Notes: generated by a model from the sequence alone, not told the origin. DNA of 64,000 bases from a virus (IMGVR_UViG_3300028048_000069:32001-96000); one strand, 5' to 3'. Shown: positions 39,413 through 49,582, numbered from the stretch's first letter. Program-made: numbers and translations.

Positions 39413-40132
39413 ATGGATAATATTATTTTATATAATGATGATTGTTTTAATCGGTTATCTGGGTTAAGTAATATAGATTTGATTGTTACTGACCCACCAT
39501 ATTCTTTTAAGGCTAAAAAGATAAAAGAAGGTAGTGGTGGAACAGTTAATAATCTTAAAAAATTTGATGTGAGTTTATTGAAGTTGAACGATAAGGATTT
39601 AATAAATTCATATGATATAGCAAAATTTGGAGATTTAGTTTTTAATTTGCAAAATGAAGTAAATGCTTATTTTTGGTGTAATAAAAATCAAATTCCAGAA
39701 TACCTAGATTTTTATGTAACTAAATATAAGTGTAAATTTGATATTATTTGTTGGCACAAGGTAAATGCATTACCTACATATGCGAATAAATATTTAACCG
39801 ATACCGAGTATTTATTATATTTTCACAATGGTAAGGGTAAATGTTTTCCGCAGAATTATGAAGATGCTAAAACCTATTACATAACTATGATAAACCACAA
39901 GGATAAAAAGAAGTGGGATCACCCTACAATTAAACCTTTAGATATCACAATGAAAGTAATACGAAATAGTAGCAAAGAAGGTGAGTTAGTGTTAGACCCT
40001 TTTATGGGCAGTGGTACTACTGGTTTGGCCTGTAAGATATTGGGAAGAAAGTTTATAGGTATAGAGATAGCAGAAGATTATTTTAAGATGGCTGAAGATA
40101 GAATTTTTGAAAAGAAAGGGGGTTTGTTTTAA
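39413..40132 (+). CDS. N6 DNA methyltransferase (beta class)
   Basis: TDPPY, HPTIKP, DPFMGSGTT; ends GGLF. Confidence 0.92.
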   Translation: MDNIILYNDDCFNRLSGLSNIDLIVTDPPYSFKAKKIKEGSGGTVNNLKKFDVSLLKLNDKDLINSYDIAKFGDLVFNLQNEVNAYFWCNKNQIPEYLDFYVTKYKCKFDIICWHKVNALPTYANKYLTDTEYLLYFHNGKGKCFPQNYEDAKTYYITMINHKDKKKWDHPTIKPLDITMKVIRNSSKEGELVLDPFMGSGTTGLACKILGRKFIGIEIAEDYFKMAEDRIFEKKGGLF

Positions 40133-40470
40133 TGAAGCCTACACGATACTATAGTTCTAGACAAGAAAAACAGATAGCCAAATCTATTGGTGGAAAGCAA
40201 GTTGCAAATTCAGGTGCTACTTCTTTTCATAAAGGTGATGTTAAAACAGCCGATTGGCTTATAGAGGCCAAAACAGTAACAAAGGTTAAAGATTCCTTTT
40301 CTATTAAGAAGGCTTGGCTTATAAAAAATCAAGAAGAAGCATTCGCTATGAATAGAAGATATGCTGCTCTTGCTTTTAATTTCGGGCCTGATGAAGAAAA
40401 TTATTATGTAATTAGCGAGAAACTGTTTAAAGAATTAGTAAAATATATACAAGAGGACAGGGAGGTTTAA
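40132..40470 (+). CDS. Holliday junction resolvase-like PD-(D/E)xK nuclease
   Basis: QEK.IAK...NSGA...KGDV...IEAK. Confidence 0.7.
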   Translation: MKPTRYYSSRQEKQIAKSIGGKQVANSGATSFHKGDVKTADWLIEAKTVTKVKDSFSIKKAWLIKNQEEAFAMNRRYAALAFNFGPDEENYYVISEKLFKELVKYIQEDREV

Positions 40471-41475
40471 ATGGCAACACTTGCAGTGAAGTATAGACCC
40501 ACCACTTTTGAAGATGTGTGCGGTCAACAGAATATTATTACTATTCTTAATAATCAATTAAGCACAAAATCTTTCAAAAATGCTTACCTATTTTGCGGTC
40601 CATCAGGTTGTGGTAAAACAACAATGGCTCGTATATTTGCTAAAAAATTAAATAATGGTGGCGGTTCAATAATTGAAATAGATGCCGCTAGTAATAATGG
40701 TGTAGATGATGTTAGGCAAATTATAAAAGACGCTCAATTCTTACCATTAGATGGTTCATATAAAATATACATATTAGATGAGTGCCATTTATTTAGTACT
40801 GGTGCTTGGAATGCAATGCTTAAACTTATTGAAGAACCACCTGCTAAAACCATCTTTATTTTTTGTACTACCGACCCACAGAAAATACCTTCAACCATCA
40901 TAGGTCGTGTACAAAGGTATAACTTTACAAAAATTAGTAGTAAGCAAATTATTGATAGATTAACTTATATTTTGAAGTCCGAAAATATAAATACTTTTGA
41001 TGGTTCTTCTTTACAACTTATCGCTAGATTATCAAAGGGCGGTATGAGAGATAGCATAACCACACTTGAGAAATGCCTAGGATTTAGCAAAAACCTTACT
41101 GTAAGCAATATTACACAAGCCTTGGGGGTAGTGGGTTACGATAGTATGTTCTATGTGTTTAAAGCAATTATAGAGCATAAAACAGATGATGTTTTATCGC
41201 AGATAGAAACCCTTTATCTTAATGGGTTGGATATAAAGGTGTTTGTAGTAAGTTTTTTACAATTTGTATTGGACATTTCTAGATACATAGTAACAAAAGA
41301 TTTTTGTGTTAGTTATCTTCCAGATGATTATAAATCAAAGATAGATGGATTATCACTTAATAAAGAGCAACTAGCAAATTTAGTGGATGGGTTGGTTAAA
41401 TTAAATAGTTATATAAAGTATGAATCCAATCCATTTGTATTTGTTCAAGCATTTCTATTAAAGGTATCTATATAA
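40471..41475 (+). CDS. dnaX: Clamp loader ATPase, DNA pol III gamma/tau-like
   Basis: LAVKYRP, GPSGCGKTT, IDAAS, DECH, LKLIEEPP, GGMRD. Confidence 0.92.
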   Translation: MATLAVKYRPTTFEDVCGQQNIITILNNQLSTKSFKNAYLFCGPSGCGKTTMARIFAKKLNNGGGSIIEIDAASNNGVDDVRQIIKDAQFLPLDGSYKIYILDECHLFSTGAWNAMLKLIEEPPAKTIFIFCTTDPQKIPSTIIGRVQRYNFTKISSKQIIDRLTYILKSENINTFDGSSLQLIARLSKGGMRDSITTLEKCLGFSKNLTVSNITQALGVVGYDSMFYVFKAIIEHKTDDVLSQIETLYLNGLDIKVFVVSFLQFVLDISRYIVTKDFCVSYLPDDYKSKIDGLSLNKEQLANLVDGLVKLNSYIKYESNPFVFVQAFLLKVSI

Positions 41476-42266
41476 TGATTGGTCAGAAGTTATTTGCTAC
41501 CTATTTAAGCAATTGGACTATACCGCCTCATTTTATTATTTTGAATGGGGAAGTAGGTTCTGGTCGTTCCACAATTATAGAAGAAATTAAGAAGAAATTT
41601 AAGTATAAATCGGTGTTATGCGGAACTTCTACAGAAGAAGTTAGGCAGATAGTAGATATGGCATACACTGTAGAGACACCTGTTTTTTATATATTTTACA
41701 ATGGGGAAAAATTATCATCTAACGCTAAAAATGTGTTGCTTAAAGTAGTTGAAGAACAGCCTAAAAATGCATTTTTTATAATGAGAACAGAGTCTGGTAC
41801 TATAGAAACATTAAAAAATCGTTCATTCTATTATAATATACAGCCATATTCTTCTTCGGAGTTAAAAGAGTATTTTTCTAAACAGAATAAAGAAGATGTT
41901 TATGATAATTATGGCGAAATATGTAAAAATATAGGGCAGATAAAAATATTTTTAGAGATGGATTATGAAGGGTTGATTGATTATTGTGATATGATTGTTA
42001 CAAAGATTAATCGTGCGTCACAAGGTAATGTGTTTAATATAACACGAAAGATTGATTTTGGTGATAATCCTAATGGTTGGGATGTACAACTATTTATAAA
42101 TGCTCTTGAGTGGAAGTTAAAAAATGCTTACAAAACAACCAAAGAAGATAGGTTTTTTCAAGCAATTTTTAGATTAAATTCTTTTAAGTCGCAGATTAAA
42201 ATAAATGGTGTGAATAAATCGGTCGCATTAGATAATTTTTTACTAGGGTTGAGAACATTATTATGA
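41475..42266 (+). CDS. holB: Clamp loader delta-prime-like subunit
   Basis: MIGQ, degenerate Walker A GEVGSGRS, AKNVLLKVVEEQP, ETLKNRS. Confidence 0.7.
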   Translation: MIGQKLFATYLSNWTIPPHFIILNGEVGSGRSTIIEEIKKKFKYKSVLCGTSTEEVRQIVDMAYTVETPVFYIFYNGEKLSSNAKNVLLKVVEEQPKNAFFIMRTESGTIETLKNRSFYYNIQPYSSSELKEYFSKQNKEDVYDNYGEICKNIGQIKIFLEMDYEGLIDYCDMIVTKINRASQGNVFNITRKIDFGDNPNGWDVQLFINALEWKLKNAYKTTKEDRFFQAIFRLNSFKSQIKINGVNKSVALDNFLLGLRTLL

Positions 42267-43192
42267 ACTTGGTTGAGTTAAAAACAAGAATGTCTAAAAA
42301 GGATATTCCTAATTTTTTAATTTTTACTGGCCCAGAACTTGGGGTTCTTAACACATATATTGGTAAAATAGGATCCATAATAAATACAGCAATTAAAAGA
42401 AGAGAAACTGTGTCGAGCGCATTGGAATTATGCCGAAGTAAATCTATTTTTAATAAAATAAATTTTGTAGTTGTAACAGATGACAATGATTTTTTAAAAA
42501 ATGAAACTGCTTGGGATAAGGTAATTATGCAGTTAGGAGATAATATTTTATTACTCCACTATCATACATATGATAAACGATTAAAATTTTGGAATAAATT
42601 TGCAGACCAAACTGTCGTTTTTGATTACCTTAAACCAAATGTAATAGCAAAGCATTTGTGCAAAGATTATGGGTTAAGTGAATCTTTCGGAGAATTGATT
42701 GCAGAAGGGTGCGGATGTGATTATACTCGTTGCTTGTTAGAAGTAGATAAGATTAAAAATCTTTCTGATGCTACTCATCAATCTATAGATGAAGTGTGCT
42801 CAAACAATCTAAAAACAGGTATAATTTGTTTTGATAAAGATGTGAATATTAATCCATTTGTTGAAGCATTTTTAAGAAGAGATTTATCATTAGCATATTC
42901 ACTATATGAAGAACTATTATTGCAAGGTGAGCCAGTTTTAAGGATGCTTTCTTTTCTGTATAATGCCTTTAAAAATGTTTTAATAGTGCAGACCGCTACA
43001 AGTACTTATAAACTGCGAGAAACCACAGGCATAACCTATTATGGAGAAATAGAAGGAAAAAAGTTTAAGGGCAATTATAGTGATGTAGAACTTGAAAATA
43101 TACTATACATTTTGATGTGGTTAGAGCAAGGCATAAAGAGTGGCACAATACAGCCAGAATTTGTTGTTGATTTTTTGTTGGTAAATTTGTAA
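42263..43192 (+). CDS. holA: Clamp loader delta-like subunit
   Basis: LIFTGPE, DKRLKF, LLEVDKI, GEP...L, IKSG patterns; third gene of loader cluster. Confidence 0.7.
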   Translation: MNLVELKTRMSKKDIPNFLIFTGPELGVLNTYIGKIGSIINTAIKRRETVSSALELCRSKSIFNKINFVVVTDDNDFLKNETAWDKVIMQLGDNILLLHYHTYDKRLKFWNKFADQTVVFDYLKPNVIAKHLCKDYGLSESFGELIAEGCGCDYTRCLLEVDKIKNLSDATHQSIDEVCSNNLKTGIICFDKDVNINPFVEAFLRRDLSLAYSLYEELLLQGEPVLRMLSFLYNAFKNVLIVQTATSTYKLRETTGITYYGEIEGKKFKGNYSDVELENILYILMWLEQGIKSGTIQPEFVVDFLLVNL

Positions 43193-43206
43193 TATAGGAT
43201 TGTGTT

Positions 43207-43374
43207 ATGAAATTCTTAAAACTAATATACAAGAAGTTTTTCGTCGGTAAAGAGAAGAAAACATATACTTGTTGTAGGAGGTGTGGTAAGCAATTAAAAA
43301 GTAAAGAAAGTCGTAAGTTGGGTTTAGGAAAATGTTGTTATAAAAAAGAGTTGTATAAAAATAAATTATTCTAA
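43207..43374 (+). CDS. Small Zn-finger protein (DUF6011-like)
   Basis: CRRCGKQLKSKESRKLGLGKCC; ends NKLF; not in ORF track (<60 aa). Confidence 0.6.
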   Translation: MKFLKLIYKKFFVGKEKKTYTCCRRCGKQLKSKESRKLGLGKCCYKKELYKNKLF

Positions 43375-43401
43375 AAACTGTGGTTGTATGGGGAGGGTGA
43401 A

Positions 43402-44253
43402 ATGAAGGTTGACAGTTATTCTTTTAGAGCCTTTTATTCAGGGCACTATGATTCAAAATTGGACTCAAAACCAGGTGAATACTTGGTAATGAACTACCAA
43501 AAAGCAACAAAACTACTAGACGATTCTCTCGTCGATTTATCTCAAAAATTTAAGACACAGGAGAAGTACCTAGCATTTAAGGAAAAATTGGAGAATTTAA
43601 AATCTCAATATTTTTCTGCTTTATGCAATAGGTATATGGGTGTTGTATTTAATTCTGGTCGTCGCATTATAAGTAATTCAATCTCTGACTCGGATATGAT
43701 TAGTTATGGGGAAGAAGTACTGTTACAATGCGCTTTGAAATATAAGTTTGATAAGAAGATTTCTTTTATAACTTATTTTACCAATGCGGTGTTTAATATG
43801 TCTTACACATTAGTAAGAAAGAAACACTTTAGAGATTGGAATATAAATATGGCATCCTTGAACACACTAATGGAAATTGATGACCGAATAAGTGAGTTAT
43901 CTGAAGATAAAAAATTTATTCCAGCCAAAAAGAAAAAGCCATTAGTAATAAAGCCATCAAAAATAAATGAAGAGTTAGATAAGATACTTTTTAACCCAGA
44001 ATTGGCTGAATCTATAAAGGTTAAGTTGGGTATTAAGGATGACTTGTTTTTGCATTATTTAATATTGAAAACAAAGCACAAAAAGTCAACTATTAATTCC
44101 GACGAAACAGAAAAACTATCTTATTTAGAACCCATTTATGAAAATGACTATAACAATTTTAGTAAGATATATATGTATGAGTCAGATATTGACGATTACA
44201 GAGAAAAAATTCAAAAAAATCGTATAAAAGAGGAAATACTATGTCAAGAGTAA
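43402..44253 (+). CDS. Sigma-factor-like protein
   Basis: DMISYG..VLL.CALKYKFDKKISFITY region-2-like segment; GGGAGGG RBS. Confidence 0.5.
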   Translation: MKVDSYSFRAFYSGHYDSKLDSKPGEYLVMNYQKATKLLDDSLVDLSQKFKTQEKYLAFKEKLENLKSQYFSALCNRYMGVVFNSGRRIISNSISDSDMISYGEEVLLQCALKYKFDKKISFITYFTNAVFNMSYTLVRKKHFRDWNINMASLNTLMEIDDRISELSEDKKFIPAKKKKPLVIKPSKINEELDKILFNPELAESIKVKLGIKDDLFLHYLILKTKHKKSTINSDETEKLSYLEPIYENDYNNFSKIYMYESDIDDYREKIQKNRIKEEILCQE

Positions 44254-44864
44254 CAACAGAACAAGCAAGAAAAATAACAACTTCAAATTCAAATGGCTAT
44301 TTTAGCCTTAAAGATGATGGTGATAAAGCCACTGTTAGATTTATGTACAACAATGTTTCAGAAATTGAAACCTATTCTGTACACGATGTTACCATAAATG
44401 GGTTTAATAAGCATGTAGATTGCTTAAAAGATGCTGAAGGTAATGGAGTATGCCCATTTTGTGAAAAGGGTGTAAAACGAACTGCTAGAACATTTTTTAA
44501 ACTGTACAATGTAGATAATGGCGCGGTTGAAATTTGGGATTGTGGTATTAAACGCGCACCAGGTTTAGAAAATATTTTAAAGATGTCTCGGTCGCCGAAG
44601 TTGGTAAATGATGTTTTTGAAATTGTACGACATGGTAAAGCAAAATCTACCGATACGACCTATGAACTTATTTATAAATCTTCTGATGATGTTACCTTGG
44701 AAGAACTTCCGAACTCACCAGACCTTTATAGTAAATATATTCTAAAGAAATCTCCCGAAGAAATGGAATATTATATTACTCATAATGAGTTCAAACCTAC
44801 AGGTGAACAATCAGCCAAATCTGATGCTACTGTTACCAAAAGAGTAAATAGGAGTGTCTTTTAA
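44241..44864 (+). CDS. Single-stranded DNA-binding protein (phage type)
   Basis: FSLKDDGD.A.VRF, CPFC, RHGK...T.Y pattern; directly upstream of polymerase. Confidence 0.7.
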   Translation: MSRVTTEQARKITTSNSNGYFSLKDDGDKATVRFMYNNVSEIETYSVHDVTINGFNKHVDCLKDAEGNGVCPFCEKGVKRTARTFFKLYNVDNGAVEIWDCGIKRAPGLENILKMSRSPKLVNDVFEIVRHGKAKSTDTTYELIYKSSDDVTLEELPNSPDLYSKYILKKSPEEMEYYITHNEFKPTGEQSAKSDATVTKRVNRSVF

Positions 44865-47188
44865 TGGCATTGTTCGCACCTAGGTCTAGTAGGGAACTCG
44901 ATAAGAAGATAATACAGAAAGCACATTCTGTAAAAAGTGTTTTTGTCGGTAGTTCTAAAGGTGCAAAAAGGGGGCTATCTGAAAGGATAGCCTCCGCCGA
45001 AGTTGAAGTAAATAGATATTTTAGTAAGTTTAAAGATGATTTTTTAATTATTCGTACAGAAGAAGAATTAAAAAATTATGTAGATAATATTATAAAAGAT
45101 GGAATTGTAGCCATCGATACAGAAACTGATGGGTTGGATACCTTTAACGGAACATTAGCAGGTATCTGTCTGTATAGTCCTTCAAATAAAGCATCCTATA
45201 TTCCTGTTCACCATGTATCCTATATTACAGGGCAAGAAGTTAATAATCAACTAAAAGAAGATATTATTAAAAAGTACTTTGAAAGGGTAGTTAATGCTAA
45301 TGTAAAAATAATTATGCATAATGCCTCTTTCGATTTAAAAGTATTTGCAAATTTAGTAGGTATTAGATTGCCTTGTTATTGGGATACAATGATTGCTTCT
45401 AATATTTTGAACGAAAATGAACCGCATGGTTTGAAAGCACTTCACGATAAATATTGCGGAGATGGTACAGGTGTATATAGCATTACAAATTTGTTTGAAG
45501 GAATTATATTTACTCACGTTCCGATAAAATTGGGTTATTTATATGCTGCTCGTGATGCTAAAATGACTTATGAGTTATATAAATATCAAAGCCAATTCCT
45601 ATGTGAAAACCCATCAAAAGAACACGAAGATTTGAAGTCTTGTTATGATGTGTTTATGAACATAGAAATGCCATTGGTGCCTGTCATTTTAGATGCAGAA
45701 CTGCGCGGAGTTAGATTAGATTTAGCAACTGCGGATAAATTGAAAGAAGAATATAATGCTAAATTGGCTGTTTGTAAGGAACAATTTACAGCGATAGTTG
45801 AACCGATAAAAGATTTAGTATTACAGTTTATTAGAACACATACTACAATTACATCTAAACCTAAACTTGAATGGCCTATCAATTTTGATTCACCACTGCA
45901 GATAAGTGAATTACTTTTTAATGTGCTAAAGGTAAGTGATAAAAATGGTAAGAGTACAGGTGTTAAAGAACTTAATGCTATTATGGAAAGCACCAAAAAT
46001 GATACAGTTCGAAATTTAATTAAAACCTTACTTGAGTACAGAAAAGTACAAAAACTATTGACCACTTATATTGAGAAATTGCCTAATGAAGTAAATCCTA
46101 AAACAGGTAAAATTCACTGCAACTTCAATCAGTATGGAACAGTAACTGGTCGTATGAGTTCTAGTTCACCGAACTTACAAAATATTCCTTCAAAGAATAA
46201 AGAAATTAGAAAGATGTTTGTAGCAGATGAGGGGTATTGTTTAATCGGTGGAGATTATTCACAGCAAGAACCGCGTATTTTAGCACATATGAGTGGAGAT
46301 GAGCAGTTAATACACGCATACACTACTGGTAAGGATTTATATGCACATGTAGGTTCTTTAGCCTTAAAAGTACCTTATGAAGATTGTTTGGAACATTACC
46401 CAGATGGTAGTGTAAATCAAGAAGGTAAATTAAGAAGAAGTAGAATGAAGGCCATTGTGTTGGCTTTAATGTATGGTAAAGGAACTAAAGCATTGGCAGC
46501 CGATTTGAAAATATCTTTGGAAGATGCCTCATCCCTTATGAAATCCTTTTTTACAGAATTTCCTAAAGTTAATGAGTTTATCAATAAATCACAATCATTC
46601 GCTAAATGTAATGGGTATGTAAAAACATTGTGGGGAAGAAAACGAAGGCTACCAGATATGCTTTTAGACCCTTATGAATTTAGTTATGCTAATGGGGTTA
46701 GTAGAGATTTTGACCCATTAGATGATATTGATAGTGATGAAACCAATGATTTAACTGTCGATCCAGTTTTAGTACAAAAATGGACAGCAAGATTAAATAA
46801 AGCATTTGGTTCTTTTAAGAAACGAGAAGTAATTCAGCAAGCATTAGCAGAAGATAATATTCAAATAAAGGAAAATAGTCTTAAAATTGCTGATGCTGAA
46901 CGACAGACAGTAAATAGTATTATTCAAGGTTCGGCTGGAGATATGGTTAAACGCGCTAGTATTTTGTGTTATAACGATAAACGACTACAAGATATGGATT
47001 GCCATATTTTAATTTGGGTTCACGACGAAATAATTTCTACAGCACCTATCAAATATGCTAGGGAATGTGCAAAAATTATTGATGAAAATATGAAAAAAGC
47101 CGCAGATAAATTAGTAGTTCCTATGAAAACGGACTTTGAAATAACCAAAATTTGGTATGGTGAAGAAATTGATTTTAGTAAGATATAA
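44864..47188 (+). CDS. polA: Family A DNA polymerase with 3'-5' exonuclease
   Basis: IDTET, HNASFD, YAARDA; TGRMSSSSPNLQNIP, DYSQQEPR, K...L..MYG, IQGSA, VHDE. Confidence 0.95.
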   Translation: MALFAPRSSRELDKKIIQKAHSVKSVFVGSSKGAKRGLSERIASAEVEVNRYFSKFKDDFLIIRTEEELKNYVDNIIKDGIVAIDTETDGLDTFNGTLAGICLYSPSNKASYIPVHHVSYITGQEVNNQLKEDIIKKYFERVVNANVKIIMHNASFDLKVFANLVGIRLPCYWDTMIASNILNENEPHGLKALHDKYCGDGTGVYSITNLFEGIIFTHVPIKLGYLYAARDAKMTYELYKYQSQFLCENPSKEHEDLKSCYDVFMNIEMPLVPVILDAELRGVRLDLATADKLKEEYNAKLAVCKEQFTAIVEPIKDLVLQFIRTHTTITSKPKLEWPINFDSPLQISELLFNVLKVSDKNGKSTGVKELNAIMESTKNDTVRNLIKTLLEYRKVQKLLTTYIEKLPNEVNPKTGKIHCNFNQYGTVTGRMSSSSPNLQNIPSKNKEIRKMFVADEGYCLIGGDYSQQEPRILAHMSGDEQLIHAYTTGKDLYAHVGSLALKVPYEDCLEHYPDGSVNQEGKLRRSRMKAIVLALMYGKGTKALAADLKISLEDASSLMKSFFTEFPKVNEFINKSQSFAKCNGYVKTLWGRKRRLPDMLLDPYEFSYANGVSRDFDPLDDIDSDETNDLTVDPVLVQKWTARLNKAFGSFKKREVIQQALAEDNIQIKENSLKIADAERQTVNSIIQGSAGDMVKRASILCYNDKRLQDMDCHILIWVHDEIISTAPIKYARECAKIIDENMKKAADKLVVPMKTDFEITKIWYGEEIDFSKI

Positions 47189-47205
47189 ATACAGAGGTAC
47201 AAACA

Positions 47206-48279
47206 ATGAACATTAAACTAAAAACTGAAGAACTAAAAGATGCAATTAATAAAATTGTAAAAGGTTTGGGAAATAATAAAATGTTGCCCATTACCGAAAT
47301 GATAGGTATAAATGTAGATAAATCTACCTTGTCATTAGTATCTACTGATGGTACAAATAAAGTACAAGTAGTAATACCTATCGAAGGGGATAACGAACCT
47401 ACATCTTTTGTGGTAAATGGTAAGACATTCTCTCAATTGGTTTTAAAAACAACAACAGAGTTTATCAATTTATCCGTAGAAGATGGAAAATTGGTTGTAA
47501 AGGGTAATGGTAGTTATTCTTTTTCATTTCCCACTGATGAAGATGGTGAATTTATTGTAATTCCAAATGTAGAAGTAGATAAGGATACTAAAGTTGAATT
47601 ATCAGCCGAAGATTTGAAAAATTCTTACAATATCAATAAATCATCCGTATCAGTTACTATGGAAACCCCTGCATATACAGGTTTCTATTATGACGATAAT
47701 GGATCTGTAGCCACAAATTCATTGAAAATTAGTTATGTAAATAAGAAATTATTTAGTAATCCTATCTTATTGAATGCAAAACTTGCAAGTTTGTTTTCTA
47801 TATTACCAGAGGAAAAGGTATATGTTTATCAAGGAAATTCAGAAATTGCTTTTGAATCTGGTAATGTAACAATCCAAGGATTTAAAATGGATGATGTGAG
47901 CGAGTTCCCTATCAATGATATTATTCCATTTTTAACCGCCGATTTACCACATAAGGTTAGATTGAATAAAAAGGCATTATTAAACCTTTTAGAGCGCATC
48001 GCAGTATTTGTAACTCCCTTTGATAAAAACTCAATTAAAATTGATTTTACGAAGAATGGTGTGCGTGTATGGACATTGGATGGTATCAATAATGAAATTA
48101 TTCCATATACAGATTCTGAAAATGTAGAAGAAACTTCAATCAAAGTGGATGTAACGAACTTTAAGGATTTAGTAGGTTCTAACCCAGAAGAAGAATTAGT
48201 AATTATGTATGGGCATCCAGCGGCCATTAAAATGACCTTTGGAAATGTTTCTCAAGTATTAGCACTAGTAGGTGAATAA
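47206..48279 (+). CDS. dnaN: Sliding clamp, DNA pol III beta-like
   Basis: 357 aa, three-domain beta-clamp pattern (L.L.STDG, ATNS..I, EFP, LLERI); adjacent to polymerase; clamp loader nearby. Confidence 0.75.
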   Translation: MNIKLKTEELKDAINKIVKGLGNNKMLPITEMIGINVDKSTLSLVSTDGTNKVQVVIPIEGDNEPTSFVVNGKTFSQLVLKTTTEFINLSVEDGKLVVKGNGSYSFSFPTDEDGEFIVIPNVEVDKDTKVELSAEDLKNSYNINKSSVSVTMETPAYTGFYYDDNGSVATNSLKISYVNKKLFSNPILLNAKLASLFSILPEEKVYVYQGNSEIAFESGNVTIQGFKMDDVSEFPINDIIPFLTADLPHKVRLNKKALLNLLERIAVFVTPFDKNSIKIDFTKNGVRVWTLDGINNEIIPYTDSENVEETSIKVDVTNFKDLVGSNPEEELVIMYGHPAAIKMTFGNVSQVLALVGE

Positions 48280-49031
48280 TGCGCTTATTTAGTGAACCAG
48301 ACCAAAGTATTGCTACTAATTTTTTGAACGATTTAGAGAAATCTATTTATATAGATTCTAAACCTTCAAAAGATACGAAGAGCACATATTATAAACCTTC
48401 TTCACTAAATTGTTTGCGTATGATGTACTACTATCGAACAAATACAAAGATAGATGGGGCAGTTAGACCTGCCTCATCTATCGGTATACTTCATAGTGGG
48501 GAAGATAGACATTTAAGAATACAAAAAGCCATTACAAATATGAAAAATAATGGCTTTGATTGTGAATGGGTTGATGTAGAAACATACATAAAAGAAAATA
48601 AATTAACAAATTTAGAAGTAATCTCCAAAAAAGAGTACGAAACTACAGTACATAATAAAGAACTTGATTTGTTATTTTTATGTGATGGCATAGTTAAAAT
48701 AAATGGAAAATATTTTATTATAGAAATTAAAACTGAAAACTCAAGTTCTTTTTATAATCGACTTGCAGTAGCGGAAGAACATAAACATCAAGCGGCCTGT
48801 TACTCAATATCTTTTAACATAAACTATGTTATTTTTATTTATGAAAATAGGGATTTATGTTTAAAGAAATCGTTTTTATTTTATGTTCCTGTTTCGTTGA
48901 AAAACGAAGTGGTAGGTATGATAGAAAGATGCAATGAGTTTGTTGAGAAGAAAGAATTGCCTACTAAAATTGTGTGTAAGTTTTGTACTTACTGCGACTA
49001 TAAGAAAAAATGTTCAAAAAATGAGGCTTAA
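48279..49031 (+). CDS. Cas4-like PD-(D/E)xK exonuclease
   Basis: PSSLNC.R, G...H, CDG...IEIKT, Q...Y, C..C.Y...C. Confidence 0.8.
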   Translation: MRLFSEPDQSIATNFLNDLEKSIYIDSKPSKDTKSTYYKPSSLNCLRMMYYYRTNTKIDGAVRPASSIGILHSGEDRHLRIQKAITNMKNNGFDCEWVDVETYIKENKLTNLEVISKKEYETTVHNKELDLLFLCDGIVKINGKYFIIEIKTENSSSFYNRLAVAEEHKHQAACYSISFNINYVIFIYENRDLCLKKSFLFYVPVSLKNEVVGMIERCNEFVEKKELPTKIVCKFCTYCDYKKKCSKNEA

Positions 49032-49033
49032 AT

Positions 49034-49582
49034 ATGTCAAAAATAGAACTTGGATCCAATATAAAAGAAGAATTAATAGAGGTTGAGCGCGTAAATTTAG
49101 AAAATAAAAGTGCCGATATAGAGAAGATAGTAAACAAGGTAATAAATACCTATGCATCAGAACTAGATGCATTAGTTCGTAATATAGATATGAAAGTTAG
49201 AAATCAAGAACTAGATGGATTTTCTGACCAAGAACTAGAAAGTTATTGTTTGAAATTATCTTCTTTTATGTATTTTGCTGCCGCTGGCCAAGAATTAATA
49301 GGGTTAAGAGAAGATATAGCAACAGCATTAAACAAAGAAGATTATAACAATAAATATGCTGAAGCAACAGGTACTATCAATGATAAAAAAGCAACTGCAG
49401 AATTGGAATCACAAAGTTCTATGTTGGTAGAGTTAATTTATGATAGAGCCGAAAAGATGATGAACTCAAAATTAACCTATGCGACACACTTATTAGGGTC
49501 TATAAAAAGAGTACTTAATAGAAGAATTGAACAGATGAAAATGAACCCAACAACTGTAACATATACAGATTCAACTAAATAA
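49034..49582 (+). CDS. Helical hypothetical protein (UvsY-like recombination mediator candidate)
   Basis: All-helical, immediately upstream of recA. Confidence 0.45.
   Translation: MSKIELGSNIKEELIEVERVNLENKSADIEKIVNKVINTYASELDALVRNIDMKVRNQELDGFSDQELESYCLKLSSFMYFAAAGQELIGLREDIATALNKEDYNNKYAEATGTINDKKATAELESQSSMLVELIYDRAEKMMNSKLTYATHLLGSIKRVLNRRIEQMKMNPTTVTYTDSTK

Noticed and set aside
24897-40470. Complete restriction-modification systems
   Set aside because: No convincing cognate REase beside any MTase; the 40132 nuclease looks like a resolvase.
48279-49031. Cas4-like gene as evidence of CRISPR-Cas
   Set aside because: No repeat-spacer array or other cas genes seen; solo Cas4-like nucleases are common in phage recombination modules.
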